Source: Eledone cirrhosa (lineage: Eukaryota). From it: a stretch of 64,000 bases of DNA. The position numbers and the translations under genes were made by a program. The stretch covers positions 36,518,001 to 36,582,000 of the forward strand of contig OZ024749.1 in assembly GCA_964016885.1 (NCBI GenBank), given 5' to 3'. The notes beneath the pieces are model-generated. The model saw nothing but the letters and a program-made list of their open reading frames with translations. It searched no databases and was not told where the DNA came from. This document shows, piece by piece, positions 1 through 13,155 of this stretch (positions are counted from its first letter, which is position 1; each line of letters opens with the position of its first letter).

Positions 1-477
1 GAACCATGTTAAGTTACTATCTTAGTATTGAAATAATTTTAGTAATTCTTTCAAAATTCTTTAGTAATTAATTGAAATAGATTGTATTTCATTAAAAATA
101 TGATAAACGGGTTGAATAATACCACAGCTCAAGGGGGCTGAGTTAGTGGCTAGAAATTAGAGCTTTGTGTGGACATGTGATCTGTAGCGGTGAGGGTTTC
201 TGGGTGACAGTAAATCTATGTAAAAGATCTCTAGTTACAGGATGCCACAATCGACATGGTACAGGATCATGACATGTGACTCCCTAAACTGTACACATTG
301 AAATGTGGTCAGTGTTGAGTTGGCTGTCATATAGTACTTCATATAATTAACTAGTGCATGTCACAGTGTGAAGTGCAGTCCTCAGGTGCAGATACGATAG
401 TATAACTTTACACTATATTACTTAATGGAGAACCTGTGTATTATTGACTATTGCTGTGCAATTCTGGTAATAAGCAC

Positions 478-1935
478 AGGCCAGATGTGAAATATAGGCT
501 CCTTAGTGCTAGAATAAGGCCCAAGCAAGATATGAAATATAGGCTCCTTAGTGCTAGTATCAGGCCCAGGCAAGATGTGAAATATAGGCTCCTTAGTGCT
601 AGAATAAGGCCCAGGCAAGATGTGAAATATATGCTCCTTAGTGCTAGTATCAGGCCCAGGCAAGATGTGAAATATAGGCTCCTTAGTGCTAGAATAAGGC
701 CCAGGCAAGATGTAAAATATAGGCTCCTTAGTGCTAGAATAAGGCCCAAGCAAGATGTGAAATATAGGCTCCTTAGTGCTAAAATAAGGCCCAGGCAAGA
801 TGTGAAATATAGGCCCTTAGTGCTAGAATAAGGCCCATGCAAGATGTGAAATATAGGCTCCTTAGTGCTAGAATAAGGCCCAGGCAAGATGTGAAATATA
901 GGCTCCTTAGTGCTAGAATAAGGCCCTGGCAAGATGTGAAATATAGGCTCCTTAGTGCTAGAATAAGGCCCTGGCAAGATGTGAAATATAGGCTCCTTAG
1001 TGCTAGAATAAGGCCCAGGCAAGATGTGAAATATAGGCTCCTTAGTGCTAGAATAAGGCCCAGGCAAGATGTGAAATATAGGCTCCTTAGTGCTAGTATC
1101 AGGCCCTGGCAAGATATGAAATATAGGCTCCTTAGTGCTAGAATAAGGCCCTGGCAAGATGTGAAATATAGGCTCCTTAGTGCTAGAATAAGGCCCAGGC
1201 AAGATGTGAAATATATGCTCCTTAGTGCTAGAATAAGGCTCAGGCAAGATGTGAAATATAGGCTTCTTAGTGCTAGAATAAGGCTCAGGCAAGATGTGAA
1301 ATATAGGCGCCTTAGTGCTAGAATAAGGCCCAGGCAAGATGTGAAATATAGGCTCCTTAGTGCTAGAATAAGGCCCAGGCAAGATGTGAAATATAGGCTC
1401 CTTAGTGCTAGAATAAGGCCCAGGCAAGATGTGAAATATAGGCTCCTTAGTGCTAGAATAAGACCCAGGCAAGATGTGAAATATAGGCCCTTAGTGCTAG
1501 AATAAGGCCCAGGCAAGATGTGAAATATAGGCTCCTTAGTGCTAGAATAAGACCCAGGCAAGATGTGAAATATAGGCCCTTAGTGCTAGAATAAGGCCCA
1601 GGCAAGATGTGAAATATAGGCTCCTTAGTGCTAGAATAAGGCCCAGGCAAGATGTGAAATATAGGCTCTTAGTGCTAGAATAAGGCCCAGGCAAGATGTG
1701 AAATATAGGCTCCTTAGTGCTAGAATAAGGCCAAGGCAAGATGTGAAATATAGGCTCCTTAGTGCTAGAATAAGGCCCAGGCAAGATGTGAAATATAGGC
1801 TCCTTAGTGCTAGAATAAGGCCCAGGCAAGATGTGAAATATAGGCTCCTTAGTGCTAGAATAAGGCCAAGGCAAGATGTGAAATATAGGCTCCTTAGTGC
1901 TAGAATAAGGCCCAGGCAAGATGTGAAATATAGGT
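478..1935. repeat. 45-bp minisatellite, about 32 copies
   Basis: Unit caggcaagatgtgaaatataggctccttagtgctagaataaggcc, head-to-tail with point variants and occasional 1-bp deletions; no spacers. Confidence 0.97.
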
Positions 1936-2599
1936 TCCATTTCAAACTGCTCATTAACTATTTTAGTAATCAGTGCTATATATATGATTTATGTACAGGT
2001 TATAGGAATGTGTGTGTGTATATATATATTTAGTGTACATGATGTGCTGACATGTAACAACAACAACAAGAAATCTAGAAGTTGTGAGGAGTAGACTGAG
2101 TTGTATCAACCCGTGGCTGAGTCAGTAGGCTCTTAGGTATTCCAGGCTCCTCTGCTATTTAAATCTCTCACCACACTACAGATAAAATAATGACAGGGCT
2201 CATAGACGTCAGCCAAGTTAGCCTTATAAATAATGCGACCCTGGGAATAAGTCCACTAAAACACAGGCATATACCACTTAGCTATCTACCACCTCTCTCT
2301 GATTTGGCCTGGGTTTCCCACCCTTAAACTGATGTCCTCTGTCCTTTGAGGGTTTGGGGCTGCAACTTCATATACGTGCATGTGTCTATGCGTTTGTATG
2401 TGTGTTTATGTGTATGTATGTATGGGGGTAAATACTGGCATGTCTTTATAAGATATATATAGTTGTTGGTGTGTATGTTACATAACATCACACGTGTGTG
2501 TGTGTGTATACACACACGCACACACGAACATATTAAAAAGGAAAACTTACTTTACTTCTACTTAAAACCATACATACATACATACACATTCAAGAGCAA

Positions 2600-4900
2600 A
2601 TACTAATTTACTGATATACATAAAACTACCTGTGGCTGGTACTGAGAAGAAACTCGCCACACACGCAGGTAAAACGACCTGTAATTAATAACGGAAACAC
2701 CGCGTACGAGATTATATACACATATAAGGTGTATGTATGTGTATGTATATATATATATATATATATATATAGTTATGAGAGAGAGGTGTATGTATCTCTA
2801 GCAGCAGCAGTAGCACCGCTATAAAGGACACTGGCAGTTAGTGATGGTGGCGGTGGTGTTGGTGGGGGTTGATAGCGGTGATAGTGTAGTGTTTAGTAAA
2901 GAAAATGGTGGTGACAGCGGCGGTAATAGTGTAAAGAAAATGGTGGTGAGGAGGATGATTTGGCTGTTATTTCTAGCAGGTCGAGTCATCATATACAGGC
3001 CTCAATTTCATTAGACTTGAGAGGAAGCGGAGGTGGTTGTTTAGCCTCAGGTCGGTTCTGATTGAGTAAACGATCTATGATCAAATGTATGCCACTCGTG
3101 GCCATCCAGTCTTATGAGTTAATTAGGACTATATTATCTAATCTTTCTTCCCTTAAGGGATTTTTGTTGCTATTTTCATTAGATTTGAGGCATTCAGCTG
3201 TTATTTCTAGCATGTCGAACGACGGTATAGAGGCCTTACTTTCCTTAGATTTAAGGCGAAGGTGGTGGCGGCGGCGATGGTAAGATTGTTTAACCTGATG
3301 CTAGCAGTAATAATGGTAGCGGTGGTGATGGTGGTGGGGACGGCCGTGTAAGTTCCACAGTGAAGAAGGCGGGGGGGGGGGGGCAGCGGCGGTGGGTTTA
3401 GGATAGAATCGCGGGAATACGAAGGAGGAGGAGGAGGAGAACCGAGAGGAGGAGGAAGAGTAGAAGGATGAGGTGGCTACTAGTGGCGGAATCAACTACA
3501 GACGTTGTTGATCTCGTCGCCTACTATAGCGACTTACTGAACAACAACAACATTAACTACAGCAACATCAAGGAGTTCATCAATAGTAACAATAACAACA
3601 ATAAGTTACCAAGATGAAACAAACATCGGACTGCTGACAGCGCCCTCTCCATCTTTGGGGGGAGGTCTCTCTTTTTATATTTCTCTCTCTCTCTTATAGT
3701 TGGACAATTAACCTTAATTTACATCACTATCTGTATATATATACACAATACATATATACACGCACGCATATACATACATATTCTCTGGATATATATGTGT
3801 GTGTGTATATATACTGCACACATACACACACGCATTCTGTATATTTATATGTATACGGTGAAGATTTGGGGAAAGCGCCCAACATGATTCGTCAGCGCTG
3901 ACTTCTACACTACAACAGATAGAAAGATAGATAGACAGATAATTAGATAGATCCTTGTTTGTCTTAATATATATATATACACACACACAAATATATATAT
4001 ATATTTTGCTCTATTTTTATATATACCAACCTAATATCTATCTACTTACATCTATCGACTCTCTGTCTGTCTATCTCGCTCTCCATACGAGAGACTGGTT
4101 CTGTTTTTTTTTTAAAGAAGAATCTCTCTCTATATATCTCTTTTGGAAATGGTTTACCTGCTGCTGTTTGCTGCCACAATTCTTTCTTCTGCCATCGCTA
4201 CCACCAACCTAACCCACTACCTCTAACTAAACAACAATATTATAAACTACACAGTCTCTCTTCATCTCTCTCTCTCTCTTTCACTTTCTGTCACATAATA
4301 CAGACACATCTCTCTGTCTATCAGTTTCTCTTTCTTTCTCTCTCTCATAAGATATTTCACCCTCAACTGTTGTGTTGTGTCCCAAAGCTCGCCATTCCAT
4401 TCCCAAATTCTTACAATCTGTCGCCAAACAGATTCAACAGTCGGTTAAGGAAAAGAGACTTAATAATTTCAGTCTCGGCAGGCTTATGACACTACCAATG
4501 AAGGCCGTCACAAGGTAGGTGAACCACTCTCTCTCTCTCATTTCTATCTATCTCTGTTCCCCCAATCAATTCCCCCTCGTATCCACCAGCTCGTCGAATC
4601 ACTCTCTCTCTCGCTCTCTCTCTTATTCATACTATGTCTCTATTACCTAGCTGCAGAACTACTATACTTACCTTTGCTCGCTCTCTCTACTCTATCTAGC
4701 CATTGCTCCTCTCTCTCTACTCTATATATCTATCTATCTATCCCGCCTCTATCTCCATACCTTAACCGTCTCTCCGTAGCAAACTAAATCGCGCACCGAC
4801 TCATACAAATTATTGCGCACACACGCACTCACTCCTCTCCATCGTTTCTCTTTCCTGGCTCTCTGTCCTCCTTCTTTCTCTTTTTCTTTGGCTCCCCCTC
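2600..4900. promoter_or_regulatory. CpG-retaining, GC-richer island; possible internal or bidirectional promoter/5'UTR region
   Basis: Visibly more CpG than flanks (cgcgtacg, cggccg, atcgcggg, tcgtcgcc, cgcgcaccga, tgcgcaca), with GA/CT tracts and few SINEs. No TSS evidence. Confidence 0.3.
4352..4514 (+). CDS. Candidate upstream dlg1 exon (PDZ2-PDZ3 linker, or alternative first exon starting at ATG 4486)
   Basis: Pyrimidine tract then AG at 4350-4351; strong donor AAG|GTAGGT at 4515. Open frame ISPSTVVLCPKARHSIPKFLQSVAKQIQQSVKEKRLNNFSLGRLMTLPMKAVT ends in phase-2 AG, giving R|EPRR with the PDZ3 exon. No homology recognised, and the link crosses an assembly gap. Confidence 0.4.
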
Positions 4901-4904
4901 TCTC

Positions 4905-4995
4905 ATTGATATGTTTCTTAACTAAAGATACCTTCAGCTGTCTCTCTCCCCCTCCACATTGATATGTTTCTTAACTAAAGATACCTTCAGCTGTG
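4905..4995. repeat. Short direct duplication (about 37 bp x2)
   Basis: cattgatatgtttcttaactaaagataccttcagctgt occurs twice, separated by a CT tract. Confidence 0.85.
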
Positions 4996-5008
4996 TCTAG
5001 ATATATAC

Positions 5009-5048
<40 letters not shown>

Positions 5049-5399
5049 GTATACACACACACACCCAGACTTGCACACGTACATGCATACTCAAATGTAC
5101 TTGATAATATCTACATTGACTATCAACCAGAAGTAATACTATATCTTAGTACTACTACTACTATCAACTATTACTACAACAACTACTACTACTATTAGTA
5201 ATAATTGTTTCTACTTTTGGCACAAGGCCAGCAATTATACAGTGTATTACTGGTACTTTATTTTATCGTAATAATATATTAGTAATAATAATACTATATA
5301 GTAGTAGTAGTAATAGTTCCAGTGGTAATCCAAACACGCCCACGTTCTATTCTAAAACCTTTTGTGGAAAAATATATCTCACCAACTTTCATCTCATGT

Positions 5400-5436
5400 G
5401 TATATAGTGTATAGATGTGTACACACACATACATAT

Positions 5437-5480
<44 letters not shown>

Positions 5481-6068
5481 ATGTATGTGTGTGTGTATGT
5501 ATATACATATATATATGTATGTATATACATATATATATGTATGTATATACATATATATATATGTATGTATATACATATATATATGTATGTATATACATAT
5601 ATATATATATGTATGTATATACATATATATATATGTATGTATATACATATATATATATGTATGTATATACATATATATATATGTATGTATATACATATAT
5701 ATATATGTATGTATATACATATATATATGTATGTATATACATATATATATGTATGTATATACATATATATATGTATGTATATACATATGTGTGTGTATGT
5801 ATATACATATATATATGTATGTATATATATATATATGTTTGTATATATATATGTATGTATATACATATATATGTGTATGTATATATATATATGTGTATGT
5901 ATATACATATATATGTGTATGTATATACATATATATGTGTATGTATATACATATATATGTGTATGTATATACATATATATATGTATGTATATACATATAT
6001 ATATGTATATATATATGTATGTATATACATATATATGTATATGTATATACATATATATATGTATATAC

Positions 6069-6112
<44 letters not shown>
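5400..6112. repeat. (TA)n/(TATG)n compound microsatellite
   Basis: Alternating purine-pyrimidine tract; source of the YI/HT ORFs. Confidence 0.95.
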
Positions 6113-6116
<4 letters not shown>

Positions 6117-6188
6117 TATTGCAAGGTAGATGACCTGTCATAAGTGAATGTGTGTGACATTGCTTGTCAACACGACTGTCCCCTATAA

Positions 6189-6226
<38 letters not shown>

Positions 6227-6507
6227 ATATCTTTCTTTCTCTCGCTAATAAACCACACATTGAAATACTGTTACGATCATGAAATAAATAAAAACTATAT
6301 TTAAAAATCTACAACAGCCAAAATAAAGACGAAATGAACGACCAATAGATCAGTTTTCTGCGAGGAGTGTTTTGTTTATATCCATGATGGATGGAAATTT
6401 AAACTGTCTGCTCCTACTGCCTGATTGTTCTAACATTTCGTTTAACGATTCCGACTGACTTTAGCCCAGAGTTGTAGTTTTATTTTAGTCATCGTCCTTT
6501 CTTCCAG

Positions 6508-6588
6508 GAAGGATTCCTGTCTTTTATGTAGTAGTAGTAGTAGTGGTGATGGTGGTATGGCTGGCGGTAGTATATGGGTTGGGACGAG
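6508..6588 (+). CDS. Candidate 81-nt symmetric (phase 2-2) cassette or alternative first exon
   Basis: Acceptor tcgtcctttcttccAG, donor GAG|GTATTT. Open frame KDSCLLCSSSSSGDGGMAGGSIWVGT(R) is compatible with the PDZ3 exon. No homology support. Confidence 0.25.
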
Positions 6589-8466
6589 GTATTTATATAT
6601 ACGAGATCTCCATTCTTCATAACATGTTGCATGATCAACCAAACATCAGATTCCTTACAATACATACAATGCGTTTTGTGGGTATATATATATATATATA
6701 TATATAAAACCACACACAGCAATATCAGTAATAAATGTATATATATATATATATTATCTTTCTTTACTGTTTCGCTAGTCTATAGAATTCTACGCTACTA
6801 TTCTAACTTTGGTTTGTTATATTTTCACGTTTTTCTCTGTCTCTTCCTCTTTTCCTCTCTCTTTCTCTTTCTCTCTGCCATTCCTGGGTAGTGGTGGTTG
6901 TTGCCTGGATTCTGAAGAACACAGAACTGTACTCTCTCTCTCTCTCTCTCTCCCTTTCTCTCTCTGTGATTATTATTATTATTATTATTCAGGGTGCTGC
7001 TAAACAAAATGGCGAAGAATTCCACACGAAATCCAGCTATCGTAGTTTTGGGATTTATTCTTCATATCTTTCCCCATTCCTCATTCAACAATGGATCTCG
7101 TCTTTCTATGCTCTGTTTATTCTATTGCCTACAATTAGAATAATCTATTTAATAAAGAAGTCGATACATACATACATGCATACATGCATACATACATACA
7201 TGCATACATACATACATACATACATACATACATACATACATACATACATACACATGCACGCACGCACACACATTCACACACACACACAGATAGATACATA
7301 TATGTATGTATGTTGTGCTTTTTGCTAAGGTTACCGATTTTCCCTGTCTCAACTGGTTGCATCCCCAATTTTATTCAACTATATGCGTTGTAGCAGCCTT
7401 TGTATAATGCAAAACATATTCTTTAATTTCAATCTTACTACACAATCCTTAAGCCTTCTATTTTCTACATTCTGTTGCCTACACACACACACACATATAT
7501 ATATGTACGTGTATATATATAATGATTTCTACTATACGCACAAGGCCAGCAATTTGGTGGGGGATGGAAAAAAGTTTATTAAATCGACCCCAGTGCATCA
7601 CTGGTGCTATATTTGATCGACCCTGTTATGTATATATAATGTGTGTAGTAGTGGTAGAATGTTATTCTGTAAAGAAAGGAAGCGAACCACTATTAAATCA
7701 TGATAGTCAAAACAACAGGTACAAGGAAACTTAGTTATATTTCATTTAGATGTGACTTCTACAGGACTAATACTGTTTCATTCTGTGGTGTAAGCATATA
7801 CATTAGTGATCTATTTAATGAAGGAAAGATTTGTAACAATTTTAGATCTTGATGTGAATATCCCATCTAAGCAAAGTGAAATCTGTTTTTGTGGAAAGAT
7901 GATATCCCTATATATGTTGTTGAGTATCCAAAACTACAGAGTCAGATATAGAATGTTATACAATGAAAGAATAAGACAAGGAGAAGTCATTAATTACTCC
8001 ATTGTTTTACAATCGTTTCAGATGGCAAAATTATCCATGTGCAAACCAATCAATGGCAGTTATGCAACTCCAAACTATTAGCCTTAAAAAAAGCACATTC
8101 ATTTAGCCAGCTGTCTGTCCTCAGAAACAATACATTGTTTTGCATAACTACCATCCATGGATATTTTTGTTCTCTGAAACTATTGTTAAACAATGGATTA
8201 GTTAACTGCTTCACCTTGATATATTCTTTCATTGTTTAACATTTAATATATATATAAAATTGTGGAGGTGTTTTTTGTAAAATCATAGATAGAAACAAAC
8301 AGGAATTGAGCAAGCACTCAATACTTATGTGTGAAGTTATAGATTTTATTTTTCAAAGAAAATGGTGACAGTGAATTTAAAGTTACAGCTTTGATGAGCC
8401 TCTTTATACATGTGTTTGCATGTCTATGTATTTATGTCTATCACACCACCATAAAATTAGATTTAA

Positions 8467-8712
8467 CCCTTTTTGATACCAACCCGTCTAAAACCACTCT
8501 TGGTTCTCCAATACAAAACTGTTTTAAAGGGCTTATTTTCATCGAAAACCCTTCCATCTTAAATTTATGTAAGAACCTTTAAATCATGCTCCAAACATCA
8601 GATTAATAATGAGAAAGTTATATCACTAAATCTTTCTAAATTCTTGATTTATTTTCAAAATTATTTGAAAATCATAGGCAGTGTGTTTTATAAGAAATAT
8701 GGTAACAAGAGG
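8467..8712. mobile_element. piggyBac-type MITE, family 2 (degraded)
   Basis: TTAA|ccctttttgatacca ... tggtaacaagagg|TTAA. Related fragments near 13983-14045, 28790-29120, 51440-51760 and 59260-59276. Confidence 0.55.
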
Positions 8713-9151
8713 TTAAACTAATCTCAGAGTTTGGGGTGAGAACAGTATTTATGTACCCGACCTATATACCTACCCCTGTAATTCTTCAATTTGTCTCTCT
8801 CCTTTCCCTCTCTCCCTTTAAACCAACTACAATAGACTTTCTTTTTACATTCTCCTTTCACCCTTCCAGGGGTCAATAGAATAAAGTACCAATCAAGTAC
8901 TGAAGGCCAATTCAGTTAAGTGCTAGGGTCAATAAAATAAAGTACCAGTCAAGTACTGGGGTTGATATAATCAACTTCATCCCTTTCTCTGAAATTGCTA
9001 ACCTTGCAACTAAATTAGAAATCAGTATCTTAAGTACCAGTAATGCACTGGGTAATTGCTGGCCTTGTGCCTAAAGTAGAAACAAGTATCTTTATATTTA
9101 ATATATTTTCATATATATATATGTATATATAAATAAATGAATATATATATA

Positions 9152-9645
9152 TCATCATCATCTTACGTCCGTTCTTCCCCGCTAGCATGGGTTAGACGAG
9201 TTGTCCGCTTGTGGGCAGTGTCCAGTCAGCTGACCTTGTCTTGCTCATACGGGAACTGATTCTTGCTTGATTTCTACAGCTGGATGCCCTTCTTAACACC
9301 AACCTCATTTACAGTGGGTGCTGGGTGCTTTTTTGCCATGGCGCCTATATTTATATATATATATATATCATCATCATCATCATCATTTTACGTCCACTTT
9401 TCCCTGCTTGCAAGGGTGGGACGGGAACTGATTCTGGCTTGATTTCTACAGCTGGATGCCCTTCCTAACACCAACGTCATTTACAGTGAGTGCTGGGTGC
9501 TTTTTTGCCGTGGCGCCTACACGTCCACTTTTACTGTGGAATGATAGGGACCTCAGTCCCTATCATCTCATTTCTACAGCTGAGTAAACTGGAGCAATGT
9601 GAAATAAAGTGTCTTGCTCAAAGAAACAACACATCACCCGGTCTG
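9152..9645 (-). mobile_element. Two adjacent partial copies of composite SINE family B
   Basis: (CAT)n tails at 9152 and 9368; contain gatttctacagctggatgcccttcctaacaccaac and the CORE-like ctcatttctacagctgagtaaactggagcaatgtgaaataaagtgtcttgctcaa. Confidence 0.85.
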
Positions 9646-10200
9646 ATCAATAAAATAAAGTATTTGTGAAGTTCTGGTGTCAATATGATTCCATTAACTT
9701 TCCACTTAAAAAATTAGAAACCAATATTTTATATATTTCTATGTGGTCTAGTGAATAGGGTGTTGGACCCACAGTCATAAGGTTGTGAGTTCAATTTCTT
9801 GACTGGGTGGCACAGTGTGTTCTTGAGCAAGATGCTTCATTTCATGTTACTCTTTATGCTAGGTGTTGTGACTGACTGATAGAATCGGTAATGAACAGAT
9901 CAATGCAAACATTGTTTCTTTGGTCTGATCTGATGATTGACTCCTTTGTTCAGCCAGGAGTTGTGACTCACAGATAATATCAGCAATGAAAAGACAAATG
10001 GAAATATTGTTTCTTTAGTTTGATCTGATAATTACCTCCATTCTTCTACCTACTAGGAGTTGTGACTGGCAGATAATATCAGCAATGGGCAGAATAGTGG
10101 CACTATGTTTTCTTGGTTTGATTTGATGATTGGTTTCTATCTTTATCTTTATATATTTTACTGTTATCTCATTATTATAGTTTGATTTTTGCCTGTTTAA

Positions 10201-10390
10201 CGCTTTAGCATTTAATCCGGCCAGAATTCTTCCACCTCTTTATGTTCAAACTAGCCGCTCATACTGTACTTATTCTCAAAATAAATATAAAAATCTCGTA
10301 GATTCGATATTATGTGAGATAGTTATGGAAGGTAAAGCCTTTACCGTGTAAATACAAAAGTAAATATAGAGTAATGTAAATGCTAATGGG
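10201..10390. mobile_element. piggyBac-type MITE, family 1
   Basis: TTAA on both sides; terminal inverted repeats cgctttagcattta / taaatgctaatggg. Confidence 0.75.
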
Positions 10391-10951
10391 TTAAGTGGTA
10401 CCAGCTTTACTCTAAGAGTGATTGATGCCGTCTATTTGTACTAATATAAAAGGGTCACGAGGACTCTTCAGTTGTGTCAAGGACACAGAAACCTCTTTAA
10501 TGTTGATGCAACAAAATGCACCCAGTACACTCTGCAAAAAGTGGTTGCTGCTAGGAAGAGCAGCTAGCTAACCATAGAAATCTTGCGAAAACAAACAAAA
10601 AAAAGGGTTGAGAAAATTCAGATGTGTCAAAGACATGGCAATCACCCTGGTGCTACTACCATCATAAAATGCACTTGATGGACTCTGTAGAGTGTAGGAA
10701 CATATGTACGGAAGATGTTGCCACCTGAGAGGTCAGTAATTCTAATTAAGAACTGACTTGGTCTGTGACGATCCATCCAGCTCTTGCTGGCAGGGAAAAC
10801 AGACATTAAATGATGATGTTGATTATCCGTAGAGAACAATAACAAGTCTGTTGGTTGGTACAGTCATGGTTCTTGGATCTCTTTGAAAACAGCAGCTAGC
10901 ATAATAATAATACCACCACTAGTAGTAATAGTAGTAGTAGTTGTCCGTGTT

Positions 10952-10985
<34 letters not shown>

Positions 10986-11212
10986 TTTCTTTATTGGCCA
11001 CAAGGGCTGACATCAAGAAAAACATTACAGACGGCACAGGACGGTACGATGTGGGTTTTGTGCGTGTAAATATTTTTATTATTTATATAAGAAAAGAAGA
11101 AAAAAAGGACATAGAAACATATATATATATATAGTGTGTGGTAATAATGTACTTTATAGTTGGTGACTTTAGTAGAAGTAATAGTGCTAGTAATATTACT
11201 ATAGTAACAATT

Positions 11213-11395
11213 GTTTCTAATTTTGGCACAAGGCCAACACTTACCTCAGTGCATTACTGGTTTTTTTTTTTTTTTATCGACCCCGTAAGGATGAAAGACA
11301 AAGCTAACCTCGGCGCGATTTGAACTCAGAACGTAAATGGCCATAACTCTATGCTGCAAAGCATGGCGTCTGACACTATACCGATACCGCCCTGT
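11213..11395 (-). mobile_element. tRNA-derived SINE family A
   Basis: Reverse complement of the family A consensus (gatttgaactcag B box; tttatcgaccccgtaaggatgaaag). Confidence 0.8.
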
Positions 11396-11659
11396 AATAA
11401 TAATAATATTAATAACAAAATAATGTACTTTATAGTTGGTGACTTTAATGGTAGTAATAGTGCTAGTAATAATATTATTAGTATTATTAATAATAGTAAT
11501 AAAGATAGTGTGGTATGAATGTAGTTTCTAACTGGAACCAGTTGTTGCTTACTAGTGTTTCTACCACTTGAGCTGTAGAAGATACGATGATACTCAAACA
11601 CACACACAAGTGGATTACATTTCAGCTATTTTCGGCCACTCCCAGCCTCTTCAAACCTC

Positions 11660-12080
<421 letters not shown>

Positions 12081-12081
12081 T

Positions 12082-12220
12082 AACAAAGAAAGTGTGGTAA
12101 AGAACCAGGTGGACCATAACCCACCAGAGTACTCAATACTTAGGGTAGTAGAGTGGGTAATAGGAAAATGTTGAACCCTGACGGCAGAGCTCAAGCCGTT
12201 TCAACGGGGTTAAACATTTT

Positions 12221-12221
<1 letters not shown>
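12082..12221. mobile_element. Hairpin-terminated element copy 1 (Penelope-like remnant with partial hammerhead motif)
   Basis: Shares about 115 bp with 52625-52750; embedded in (TA)n; terminal stem gaaaatgttgaaccc/ggggttaaacattttc. Family assignment is inference. Confidence 0.5.
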
Positions 12222-12280
<59 letters not shown>

Positions 12281-12414
12281 ATTCTTCTCTTATGTAAAAG
12301 ATGTTTTTTTTTTTTTGCTTCTTGCCATTATTTGTTTCTTTGCAACCTCCTAGTAACCTATTCAACCCCTGCTGACACCAACGCCACCACCTATCTATTC
12401 TACCACCACCACCA

Positions 12415-12685
12415 TCTGTCCATTCCACCAACACCACCATCTGTCCATTCCACCAACAACACCATCTGTCCATTCCACCACCATCTGTCCATTCCACCAA
12501 CAACACTATCTGTCCATTCCACCAACACCACCATCTGTCCATTCCACCAACGACACTATCTGTCCATTCCACCAACACCACCATCTGTCCATTCCACCAA
12601 CGACACTATCTGTCCATTCCACCAACACCACCATCTGTCCATTCCACCAACACCACCATCTGTCCATTCCACCAACACCACCATT
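12415..12685. repeat. About 25-bp minisatellite
   Basis: Unit ccatctgtccattccaccaacacca with length variants. Confidence 0.9.
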
Positions 12686-13155
12686 GGTCTCTTCTACTAA
12701 CATCACCATTAGTCTCTTCTACTAACATCTACAACATCACTAACCCTAACCTATCATTATCTCCAACATCATCACCAGTAACAACACCACTACTCTCACA
12801 TAACTCTCTCATCACACAAGATTTAACTCTGTTTGTTTGTGTGTATGTATTGGCATTCTTACGTGTATGTGTGTGTTGGTTTGTTTGTATGCTTATGTGT
12901 TTCTTTGTGTTTGTATGCTTACATGTGTGTGTCTAATTTGATTGTTATTGAAATATATAGCATTGTCAAGACTTTAGGACCAAAGGTGTTTTGGAAAGCA
13001 TTCACTAGCATATTCTATATGTTATACAGTCTCATATAAATATATATATATATATAATCATTGAAATGTAAAGCATTGTCAAGATTTAAAGACTTGGGGT
13101 GTTTAGAAAATCATATATCTACATATTGTACTTTTAATAATGTGTGTGTGTGTGT

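Noticed and set aside
441-1954. Overlapping 100-340 aa ORFs; CRISPR-like regularity
   Set aside because: Pure 45-bp tandem repeat with no unique spacers; ORFs on both strands are broken by 1-bp indels; eukaryotic context with no cas genes.
4149-4226. Signal-peptide-like small ORF MVYLLLFAATILSSAIATTNLTHYL
   Set aside because: Only 25 codons with nothing after the hydrophobic stretch; consistent with chance, and it overlaps the minus-strand candidate exon.
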